This document shows, in pieces, positions 19,221-26,919 of a DNA stretch of 26,919 nucleotides. The stretch comes from Promethearchaeota archaeon (GTDB lineage Archaea > Asgardarchaeota > Lokiarchaeia > Sigyniarchaeales > SOKP01), in assembly GCA_048939015.1 (NCBI GenBank), contig JBHLPW010000011.1:1-26919 (forward strand), in the 5' to 3' direction. The notes beneath the pieces are model-generated. The model ran no database searches, had not been told where the DNA came from, and saw only the letters and a program-made list of their open reading frames with translations. Within the stretch, counting starts at the first letter, position 1; every line of letters begins with the position of its first letter. A program made the translations under genes and the position numbers.

Positions 19221-20612
19221 TTACACCTTTTCAGAATAATATTTATCAATAAATTTTTGATGAATTCTAAGCAATTGATTTTCAGTTAAATTACCTAATA
19301 TATCCCAAGCGATATTAAGAGAATCTGCGAAATTACGATTTTCATCTGGTTGTTGATTCATAAATTTTTGTTCAAATTCTTGTCCATATTTCAATAAATT
19401 CTTTTGCTCAAAGTTTAGCCCATCTTCTCCGACAATTGAAATAAGGTCTTTAACTTCTAAATAATTTGAATAAGATGCTAATAATTGAGAGGATACATCT
19501 GCATGATCATCTCTCGTTTTATCCCCACCAATAGCATCCTTCATTAATCGTGATATTGAAGCTAAGACTTCAAAAGGAGGGTAGATGCCTTTCTGGTGCA
19601 AACTGCGACTTAAAACTAATTGCCCTTCAGTGATGTATCCTGATGTATCGGGAATCGGATGAGATATATCATCATTAGGCATTGTTAGAATGGGTATTTG
19701 AGTTATTGATCCCTTCTTGCCTTTAATTTTTCCAGTTCTCTCATAAATGGATGCAAAATCAGAGTATATATAGCCCGGATATCCCTTTCTGCTAGGTATT
19801 TCCTCTTTTGCAGAGCTTAATTCTCTTAAAGCCTCAGCGTAATTCGTCATGTCAATAAGAATAACAAGAACATGCATATCCTTTTCAAATGCAAAATATT
19901 CCGCAGTAGTTAAAGCGACTCTTGGAATAATTAATCTTTCTATAATTGGGTCATCAGCAAAATTGATAAACGAAATTATATTTTGTATAGTCCCTCTTTC
20001 TTGAAATTTATTTAAGAAATAGATTGCTTCATCTTGGATTATTCCTATCCCACAAAATATAATAACAAATTGTTCTTCTGAGGTAACTCGTGCTTGAGTC
20101 GCAATTTGAGCGGCTAATTTATTGTGAGGTAACCCTTGTGCACTAAAGATTGGAAGTTTTTGGCCTCTAATTAAAGTAAATAGCCCATCTATCACGGATA
20201 CTCCTGTTTGTATAACATCAATAGGGTATTCTCTAGCATATGGATTAATTGGCAGTCCATTAATATCTCTTTGAATATTAGTTAGAATCTCAGATTTTGA
20301 GATCATTTTAGTTTTTATATCTATAGGTTTACCTAGTGAATTAAAAGTCTGCCCAAACATATCCATTGAAATTTTTACTTTAAAAACATCTTCCGTAAAT
20401 ACTATCTCTGCATTCTCAGATGATAATCCAGAAGTATCTTCAAATACTTCCACGACTATCATCTCTTCATTCAATTTTACAATCTGGCCTGTACGAGTCT
20501 TGTTATCATCTGTATTAATTTTAACAATCTCACCATATTGAGCATCATGTTCGTTTTTAAGAAATAATAACGGACCTATAATTTGCTGAATTTTTCTATA
20601 AATTACACTCAT
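19221..20612 (-). CDS. atpB: A/V-type ATPase subunit B
   Basis: Motifs RGQKLPIFS..GLPH, DMTNYAEALRE, GYPGYIYSD, TMPNDDISHPIPD.SGYITEGQ and the arginine finger SISRLM. Confidence 0.97.
   Translation of the reverse strand: MSVIYRKIQQIIGPLLFLKNEHDAQYGEIVKINTDDNKTRTGQIVKLNEEMIVVEVFEDTSGLSSENAEIVFTEDVFKVKISMDMFGQTFNSLGKPIDIKTKMISKSEILTNIQRDINGLPINPYAREYPIDVIQTGVSVIDGLFTLIRGQKLPIFSAQGLPHNKLAAQIATQARVTSEEQFVIIFCGIGIIQDEAIYFLNKFQERGTIQNIISFINFADDPIIERLIIPRVALTTAEYFAFEKDMHVLVILIDMTNYAEALRELSSAKEEIPSRKGYPGYIYSDFASIYERTGKIKGKKGSITQIPILTMPNDDISHPIPDTSGYITEGQLVLSRSLHQKGIYPPFEVLASISRLMKDAIGGDKTRDDHADVSSQLLASYSNYLEVKDLISIVGEDGLNFEQKNLLKYGQEFEQKFMNQQPDENRNFADSLNIAWDILGNLTENQLLRIHQKFIDKYYSEKV
19224..19229 (-). 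promoter_or_regulatory. Shine-Dalgarno AAGGTG embedded in the atpB 3' end
   Basis: Reads AAGGTG-TAAAGA-ATA AGT TTT on the minus strand. Confidence 0.6.
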
Positions 20613-20614
20613 TT

Positions 20615-22453
20615 TTATTTAAATACCCCATGGGTTAATTTTAAAGATTCTATTTCATTAAGTAATTTATTCTTTAAATCATCAATTTTGTCGAAATCCC
20701 TATTCTCAATTGTACGATTAATTCTTAAAATATCACGTATTACTTTAAGTTCTCTAATTTCTTCTATAAAAAATCCTTTTTCTAACAGTTCTTCACCTTC
20801 TTTATATAATAAAAGAATAATTTTTATCATTCCCAAGAGTTTTTTCGCGTTTGTAAAGTTATCGATATTATCAAATGCATTTTGAATTAAAAATCCATCT
20901 TTAATCAACTTAGCAATAAATATAATTAAACGTTGATCTTCTGGGAGATTTTCCTCTCCAATAAGTTGTACAATATATCTTAACTCATTATCTTTTGATA
21001 GAATCTCATTTACTTGTTGACGACAATCATGCCAATCTATATCAATTTCTGTCCAATCTATATCTCTTTCATACCACCACTGTGAAATATAATCTGGATA
21101 ATTAGAATAAGAATTTAACCAATTAATTGCAGGATAGTGCTTTGAATATGCTAAAGCAGCATCTAAAGCCCAAATACCCTGTACAAAATTTTTAGTTGTG
21201 GCTGTAACTGGTTCACTAAAATCTCCTGCAGGAGGTGAAATAGAACCTATGATAGTTAAAGACCCTATGCTATCTTCATTACTTTCTTTTTTTCCAATTA
21301 ATTTAACAGTTCCAGCCCGTTCATAAAAACTTGACAATTTGGATGGTAAATAGGCAGGATAACCTTCTTCTGCAGGCATTTCTTCTAATAATCCAGAGAT
21401 TTCTCTTAACGATTCTGCCCATCTAGAGGTGCTATCGGCTAGAAGTGCAACGTCATATCCCATATCTCGATAGTATTCAGCAATTGTTACGCCAGAGAAG
21501 ATACTCGCCTCACGAGCAGAAACTGGCATATTTGATGTGTTAGCTATCAAAATTATTCGATCTAATAGGGATTGACCACTTTTAGGATCAATTAATTCAG
21601 AAAATTGTTTTAAAACATCGGCTATCTCGTTACCCCGTTCACCACAACCTACAAATACAATTACATCTGCATCACACCATTTTGCTAATGATTGTTGAAT
21701 GACTGTTTTACCAGTGCCGAATCCTCCCGGAACTCCAATTGTACCTCCTTTTGTAATGGGAAATAGCAAATCTATGACTCTTACCCCTGTGATTAAAGGT
21801 TCATGGGGCAATTTTCTCTCTTTAAAAGGGCGTGGAATAGTTATTGGCCATTTTTGTAGCATTGAAAAATTTTTTTCTGTATTACCAATCTGTAATTTAT
21901 AGATTTCGTCTGTAATCGTGAAGTCTCCTTCATCTGCTAGGAAAGTTAACTTTCCTGATATATTAGGAGGTATCATGATTTTATGTTGTATAATTGGAGT
22001 CTCTTGTACTGTACCAATAATATCACCACTACTTACATGTTTGTCAATATTACTATTAGGTAAAAACTTCCATTTTTTTGTGCGTGATAGGGAAGGAATT
22101 TCTAATCCTCTATGTAACCCACCTCCTTTAAAAAGATCAAAAGCTTCTTGTAAAGGTCTTTGAATTCCATCAAAGAAATTCCTTAATAACCCAGGTGCTA
22201 ATTCCATAGATAGAGGTTCTTTCAAATTAATGACCTCATCATTGATTCGTAAATTATTAGTGTTCTCAAAACATTGACATACTACATGATCAGTATAAAT
22301 TTGAATAACTTCTCCTAGAATTTTGTGTTTACTGATTTTAACCAAATCGTGAATGCGAATCTGGGTTTCTAGTCCTTTAACTTTAATTAATGAACCAATT
22401 ACAGCTGATATATACCCTATCTCAGAATTTTTTTCAGAATTGGATTTGCTCAT
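20615..22453 (-). CDS. atpA: A/V-type ATPase subunit A (canonical catalytic copy)
   Basis: Walker A GGFGTGKT, intact GCGERGNE, ADSTSRWAE, EEMPAEEGYPAYL and HYPAINW. Confidence 0.97.
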   Translation of the reverse strand: MSKSNSEKNSEIGYISAVIGSLIKVKGLETQIRIHDLVKISKHKILGEVIQIYTDHVVCQCFENTNNLRINDEVINLKEPLSMELAPGLLRNFFDGIQRPLQEAFDLFKGGGLHRGLEIPSLSRTKKWKFLPNSNIDKHVSSGDIIGTVQETPIIQHKIMIPPNISGKLTFLADEGDFTITDEIYKLQIGNTEKNFSMLQKWPITIPRPFKERKLPHEPLITGVRVIDLLFPITKGGTIGVPGGFGTGKTVIQQSLAKWCDADVIVFVGCGERGNEIADVLKQFSELIDPKSGQSLLDRIILIANTSNMPVSAREASIFSGVTIAEYYRDMGYDVALLADSTSRWAESLREISGLLEEMPAEEGYPAYLPSKLSSFYERAGTVKLIGKKESNEDSIGSLTIIGSISPPAGDFSEPVTATTKNFVQGIWALDAALAYSKHYPAINWLNSYSNYPDYISQWWYERDIDWTEIDIDWHDCRQQVNEILSKDNELRYIVQLIGEENLPEDQRLIIFIAKLIKDGFLIQNAFDNIDNFTNAKKLLGMIKIILLLYKEGEELLEKGFFIEEIRELKVIRDILRINRTIENRDFDKIDDLKNKLLNEIESLKLTHGVFK

Positions 22454-23162
22454 AATACTTCAAATATTCTGTTATTTTTCCCCGTTGATTATTAATAAAT
22501 TTTTCAAATTCTTTTTCTGTTTCCTTAATTTCTGAATCATCTATAATTTTTGCAATTTCTATTTGGATGAATGGTGATGCTTTATCTATCAAGTTATTAA
22601 GAGTATAATCATATGAGATAATCCCTCCTATAAGTGATATCTTGAAACCACCTATAAAATCACGTTGATCCTTGTTAATTTCAACAGGTTTTTTGAATAA
22701 CTTTCCAATTTTATCATAATTTTTAATAAAATAATCGTAATCTTTTGAATTAAATAGAATTTCTATATCATGAGTCTCATCTATGTTATTTTTAATATCT
22801 TTAATAGATTTTAATAAATAATTAATATATCCCGTATAATTTTTGTTGATTTTGTTTTCAATTAGAATAAATAAACTTTTTTTTAATTCTTGAATTAGAT
22901 TATTCTTTAATGCAAGGACTTTATCTTTCCCTTTTAATAATGTTGATGATAAGGATTGATTTAAAAATTGCCCAAAAGTTTCTATGAGGTGTGTTTTTAA
23001 TCTTTGAGATCTTTCATTACTTCTTTCCAAAAATCTTTTCTTGATTTCAGCCTTTTGAAATAATGTTTTTTGACTTAACTCTTTTATCTCTTTTTGAGCC
23101 TTCTCAATAAAATAATAACCCAATTGACTAAATTGTTTCCTTAATTCTTTTTCTTCTGAAAT
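22434..23162 (-). CDS. atpE: A/V-type ATPase subunit E; probable ATT start at 23162, giving 242 aa
   Basis: Coiled-coil N-terminus, C-terminal FIGGFKI...ISYDYTL (GG...D-x-T/S motif), and position directly upstream of atpA. Confidence 0.8.
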   Translation of the reverse strand: MSEEKELRKQFSQLGYYFIEKAQKEIKELSQKTLFQKAEIKKRFLERSNERSQRLKTHLIETFGQFLNQSLSSTLLKGKDKVLALKNNLIQELKKSLFILIENKINKNYTGYINYLLKSIKDIKNNIDETHDIEILFNSKDYDYFIKNYDKIGKLFKKPVEINKDQRDFIGGFKISLIGGIISYDYTLNNLIDKASPFIQIEIAKIIDDSEIKETEKEFEKFINNQRGKITEYLKYYEQIQF

Positions 23163-23176
23163 TTTAACTCAACTCA

Positions 23177-23500
23177 TTATTTAAAAACAATATCACCTAA
23201 TGCATCATGAATCTTATTAAAAATAATATCTCCTTCCTCAATATTAGGTTGGAAAATATTTGGTAAAAGAAATACAAAGGGCTTTTTATTGGCTTTTTTA
23301 TAATCCAATAAAAAGTCAATTATTTCATCTGATAATGCGATGGATATAAGCAATATCCCAATTGACTCTATCTTTATTAATTCGGAGAATTCTTTTAAAA
23401 ACTCTTCCTCATTTCTAACAACTGTACCTTCTATTCCTAAAAGCCCCAATAATATTACTATTTCATCTTCTCCTAGGATATGAATTTTTAGTTCTTCCAT
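23177..23500 (-). CDS. atpF: A/V-type ATPase subunit F
   Basis: KIHILGEDEIVILLGLLGIEG, IGILLI, PFVFLLP and IHDALG. 107 aa. Confidence 0.9.
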   Translation of the reverse strand: MEELKIHILGEDEIVILLGLLGIEGTVVRNEEEFLKEFSELIKIESIGILLISIALSDEIIDFLLDYKKANKKPFVFLLPNIFQPNIEEGDIIFNKIHDALGDIVFK

Positions 23501-23811
23501 TAAAAATCAATTCCTACCTTTTCAATAATTAGATTTTGTAAATTGGCTATATTTTTTTTAAAATTGTTTTCAATTTTATTAATTGCATTATTTAGATTTT
23601 TTTCATATACATTAGTTTCTTTGTCTATATCAACAGTTAGATTTCCTATAGCAGTCTTTACAAGCACATTTATTTTAGTTAAATACTCTTCAAATTTTTC
23701 ATTTTGGTTTTCTCGAAATTCTTCAATCTCTTTCAAGTTAAGACTTTTAGCATCATTTATTAGATTATCATAAACACTTTCAATATCCTTAAGCCATTCA
23801 AATATATCCAT
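23500..23811 (-). CDS. Probable A/V-type ATPase peripheral-stalk subunit G/H
   Basis: 103-aa helical, charged protein (LKDIE...LINDAK) in the operon, with a TAATG overlap to atpF. Confidence 0.65.
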   Translation of the reverse strand: MDIFEWLKDIESVYDNLINDAKSLNLKEIEEFRENQNEKFEEYLTKINVLVKTAIGNLTVDIDKETNVYEKNLNNAINKIENNFKKNIANLQNLIIEKVGIDF

Positions 23812-23861
23812 TAATCATCCCTTTCTTACTCTATATCTCATTTTGAATAATAATAATAATA

Positions 23862-24923
23862 TTATAGGATTTTATATTTTTCATTGATTAAAGTGACTAA
23901 TTTTGGTAATATGTATAAACGTATTTCTTTATCTTTTTTAATTAAGACTTCCATAATCTTATAAATTGTTAGATAATCAATCTCTCCAGCTCTTATCTTG
24001 AATTTTTTAAAGAAATATTCCAAATACAAAGTTTCAACTGACCATATTATGTGATTTCTATCAATTTCAAAACTTGGAAAAAGCGATCTAAATTCTTTTA
24101 TTCTACCTAATAGTTGATGTAGTATTGAAATAAAATCTTCAATAGTAGATTGTTCTATCAAAAATAATAGAATACTACTGTCAAAAAATAAAAATGTATC
24201 AACTAAAAATTGTTGTAACAAATTTCTATCAATGTTATTTTTAATTCCCCTATAAATTATATTTAAATTATATATCTCAGAGATATATCTTATATAAAAT
24301 GAAATTATTGCTTTTTCTTTTGGATTTAAGTACTTTATTTCATCAACCAAGGTATTATAAAATAATTGATCTAAAAAAGCTTCAAGTACAAATATTTCAT
24401 TGGTTTTTTTAAAGTAAAGAATTCCTTCTCTGATTACTTTATGATACTTAGTACGTCTCATAAATAATTGAATTTGATCTAAAGAGGATATTTCAATTAG
24501 GCTTTTCATGAAATCTGTATTATTTAAGTATTTTTCAACTAACATATTTACCATTTTCGATTTTTCTTGAGTACTCATTCCTAATATTGTACCGAGGATG
24601 ACATGTTTAATATTCATTATTTCATACTTCGTTAGAAAATTCTTTAGAAAATTTCTCATATTTTCTGGAGAGTATGATAGAATTTTACCAATTAATTTAA
24701 TATAAGTATGGAAAAGTGCTCTTTCAATATCTTCTATTGTGTATGCATTAAAACTAAGACCTGGATAATATACACTGATATATTCTATAAATTCATTAAT
24801 ATCAGAGATTTCGTCTAACTTTTGAAATGATGATTTATCCATTAATAATTGTTTTAAATAACCAATCTTAATTAAAGTATAAGCGTAGCTGGGGACGGTA
24901 ACACTCGTAAGAAATTCACTTAT
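23862..24923 (-). CDS. atpC: A/V-type ATPase subunit C (d); probable ATA start at 24923, giving 353 aa
   Basis: Motifs KYEIMNIK, LEAFLDQLFY, SEIYNLNIIYRG and KDKEIR. The in-frame upstream segment YAYTLIKIGYLKQLLM resembles the conserved Y-x-Y-x-x-x-R/K...LL N-terminus of subunit C. Confidence 0.85.
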   Translation of the reverse strand: MSEFLTSVTVPSYAYTLIKIGYLKQLLMDKSSFQKLDEISDINEFIEYISVYYPGLSFNAYTIEDIERALFHTYIKLIGKILSYSPENMRNFLKNFLTKYEIMNIKHVILGTILGMSTQEKSKMVNMLVEKYLNNTDFMKSLIEISSLDQIQLFMRRTKYHKVIREGILYFKKTNEIFVLEAFLDQLFYNTLVDEIKYLNPKEKAIISFYIRYISEIYNLNIIYRGIKNNIDRNLLQQFLVDTFLFFDSSILLFLIEQSTIEDFISILHQLLGRIKEFRSLFPSFEIDRNHIIWSVETLYLEYFFKKFKIRAGEIDYLTIYKIMEVLIKKDKEIRLYILPKLVTLINEKYKIL

Positions 24924-24959
24924 TAAGTATTTTTTATATATTATTTAAAAAAATTATTT

Positions 24960-25340
24960 TTAAGCTGCTGGTGTTGGTATCTTTGTCCAAAGTAAAATTC
25001 CAACAATGAAACCATAAATTGCTAATGCTTCACATAAAGCTACAATTAAAAAAGCCTTAAAAAATGCTTCTTCTCTCTCTGAAAGAGCTGAAATTGCTGC
25101 CGTGCCAACTGTTTTCATAGCCAATGCACTTCCAATTACAGAAAGACCAACTGCTATCGAGGCACTTATAGCCATTGATGCTGCAGTTACCGAATTATAA
25201 TAATCAAATGTACTAGGAACTTGTGCTACTACAAATGAAACAATTCCGTTTGAAGTAAAGATTACTAAGAATATCAAAATAACTTGAAATATACCAAGAC
25301 AAAGATAAAACTTTTGTTTTCCGTTCATAATTTTTTGCAT
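24960..25340 (-). CDS. atpK: A/V-type ATPase proteolipid subunit K (c), single hairpin with N-terminal leader
   Basis: AVGLSVIGSALA..VG.AA and LIVALCEALAIYG (ion-binding Glu), plus an extra hydrophobic N-terminal segment. Confidence 0.93.
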   Translation of the reverse strand: MQKIMNGKQKFYLCLGIFQVILIFLVIFTSNGIVSFVVAQVPSTFDYYNSVTAASMAISASIAVGLSVIGSALAMKTVGTAAISALSEREEAFFKAFLIVALCEALAIYGFIVGILLWTKIPTPAA

Positions 25341-25483
25341 CTTAATTTTTAATTAAAAAAAATAACTTGTTTAAGGGAGAATAATAAAGTTTTGCGTATA
25401 AATATTCTTCTTAATAATAATAAAAGAGAATTCTCCTACACTAAAATAAAAATTAAAATTAGAACTAAAATTCTTAATACTAT

Positions 25484-26131
25484 TTACATATAAAGTAAAA
25501 CTCGAATTTTATCTGCTATATCATGAATGCGGTCTGCTAATTGCTCCAATAACACAATACTATCTCTTAACCGTAAGAGTACTCTAATATCTATTTTTTC
25601 ATCTGAGTATAAATATTCAAGAAATTGTCTATAAATATTATCAACTTCGTTTTCAATCTCGTGAATTTTTGTGGTATTATTAAAAACAACATCAGGTTGA
25701 TCTCTTAAGCTTTTTATAGTTGATTTTAATACGTTAGCCATCTCTATGGTTTTGTTAATCAATTTCTCATATCTCATAACTATCTCTTTATTATTTTTAA
25801 CATCCATTTTAATCTTAGGTAACATATCGACAAATTCTAAAGGATAATTGATTACGTTATCCATTTGAAGGATTAATGCAACGAAATCACCTAATCCTGC
25901 TCCAGATTCAGAAAAATTTTGAATTAACTGAATTTTTATTCCGTCTGCATCTTCCTCAGACAATTGCATTTTGCTTTTTTTCTTCTCAAGTGAGGATTTA
26001 TGCTTTTCGTAATTATCAACCCATCTATTATAGAAAACTCCCATATCACTAAGAACAGAATAAATAATCCTTGAGTGTTCTATAAGCATTGAGATAATTT
26101 CTTCCTTTATTTTATTCAATTGAAAAATCAA
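25484..26131 (-). CDS. DUF47 / PhoU_div phosphate-transport-regulator-like protein
   Basis: Two repeats of E-x-x-x-D (SEEDADGIK, IENEVDNIY) and LEQLADRIHDIAD. Confidence 0.85.
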   Translation of the reverse strand: MIFQLNKIKEEIISMLIEHSRIIYSVLSDMGVFYNRWVDNYEKHKSSLEKKKSKMQLSEEDADGIKIQLIQNFSESGAGLGDFVALILQMDNVINYPLEFVDMLPKIKMDVKNNKEIVMRYEKLINKTIEMANVLKSTIKSLRDQPDVVFNNTTKIHEIENEVDNIYRQFLEYLYSDEKIDIRVLLRLRDSIVLLEQLADRIHDIADKIRVLLYM

Positions 26132-26328
26132 CTTAAATATTTAATTTACTCTTATAATTATAAAATATTAGATCAATAAAAAATATAGTATTTAGAGAAA
26201 TTTTAATATATTTTAATTTAATTTATAAATAAATTCTAAAAGTAATGAAATATCTACTTAATAAAATAAAATTTTAATTTATAGAATTCTTACTCATTCA
26301 AATTAATGTAACAGGAGAAAGAAACGTA

Positions 26329-26919
26329 ATGACTATTAAGGATAAAATACAACAATGGAAGGAGTATTCAAAAATGTCCGATTTAGGAATTATTGCTAGA
26401 AGAAAATTCTTTAATAATGCCTTTGATGGGGCATTAACCTGCGCAGGTATTATAAGCGGGATTTTTATACTATTTTTGTCAGAACCTTCTACATTTGAAA
26501 CTCAAGATGTACTTATAACTGGATTTGCAACAGCACTCGCCATAGGAATTAGTGGTCTATGGGGTGCCTTTCTTTCCGAAGAAGCAGAACGAAAGAAAAA
26601 AGTTATAGATATGAAAAAGGATATGGCAGAAGTTGATGAAGATCTTGAATATCCGAAAATGTTGCATGTGAAGCAGAAATATATAAAAGGAAATAAAAAA
26701 AAACCAAAGTCATTGCTTGAAAAAGCAGAAAAGTTCGCTACAATTGTAGCATCTTTAGTAGATGGTGCAGCTCCTGTTTTAGGAAGTTCTCTTCCTCTTA
26801 TTCCTTTTTTCTTTGGAGTAACATTAAGTTGGTTTCATTTTATGTTTTCTTATACAATACTTATTGGATTACTTATATACTTAGGAGTATTTCTGGGACA
26901 AATTTCAGGAGGAGGTCGT
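26329..26919 (+). CDS. VIT1/CCC1-family membrane protein (TIGR00267-like), truncated at the window end
   Basis: My translation from ATG 26329 (AGGAG upstream): ARRKFFNNAFDGALTCAGIISG...GFATALAIGISGLWGAFLSEEAERK...SLVDGAAPVLGSSLPLIPFFF. The frame is open to the window edge and is absent from the ORF track. Confidence 0.85.
   Translation, partial: MTIKDKIQQWKEYSKMSDLGIIARRKFFNNAFDGALTCAGIISGIFILFLSEPSTFETQDVLITGFATALAIGISGLWGAFLSEEAERKKKVIDMKKDMAEVDEDLEYPKMLHVKQKYIKGNKKKPKSLLEKAEKFATIVASLVDGAAPVLGSSLPLIPFFFGVTLSWFHFMFSYTILIGLLIYLGVFLGQISGGGR

Noticed and set aside
19215-19223. Stop-codon readthrough producing AtpB-AtpD (and hydrolase-OsmC) fusions, since the genes are in frame across one stop
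   Set aside because: The stops are TAA (not Sec/Pyl codons), TAA ends most genes here, a B-D fusion would tie stator to rotor, and SD placement favours reinitiation at ATA/ATT.
7432-22453. Inteins in radA or atpA/atpB, which are common insertion hosts
   Set aside because: Protein lengths are normal and motifs contiguous. No intein blocks seen.
726-23773. Short opposite-strand ORFs in the track (726..989, 1338..1535, 3831..4034, 5291..5563, 6001..6228, 6808..6990, 7497..7685, 8875..9246, 11201..11404, 11894..12112, 15031..15255, 17325..17552, 17858..18115, 20583..20885, 21699..21902, 21918..22163, 22353..22535, 23543..23773)
   Set aside because: All lie antisense to well-supported genes and show no recognisable motifs. 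They are shadow ORFs.
26132-26328. AT-rich intergenic regions (also 7146-7431 and 12094-12330) as ncRNA, origin or CRISPR; includes the palindrome ATTTATAAAT at 26221-26230
   Set aside because: No GC-rich stems, regularly spaced repeats or ORB boxes recognised. Consistent with ordinary promoter DNA.

Overview
AT-rich archaeal chromosomal window, most likely from an Asgard archaeon of the Lokiarchaeia type (inferred from composition, gene content and protein style, not from a database match). The left half holds housekeeping and metabolic genes: a small Zn-finger/coiled-coil protein, a minimal chemoreceptor, a GH57 branching enzyme divergent from a motif-degenerate phosphohexomutase, a GPH/MFS transporter, radA, tandem OsmC-like peroxiredoxins, a YdjM-like hydrolase, a PfkB kinase, a segmented coiled-coil protein, MEMO1 and endA. 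The right half is a complete, rearranged A/V-type ATPase operon on the minus strand, in the order K(c)-C-G/H-F-E-A-B-D-I. It is followed by a 2-TM zinc-ribbon gene and a second full-length A subunit whose catalytic GERxNE motif reads GEPGNE. A DUF47/PhoU-like gene and a VIT1/CCC1-family gene (truncated by the window end) close the window. Two observations stand out: the rotary ATPase with a probable catalytically crippled extra A subunit, and four genes (atpC, atpE, atpD, one osmC) whose likely N-termini point to ATA/ATT start codons, each followed by a Ser codon. No rRNA, tRNA, CRISPR array or IS element was recognised.
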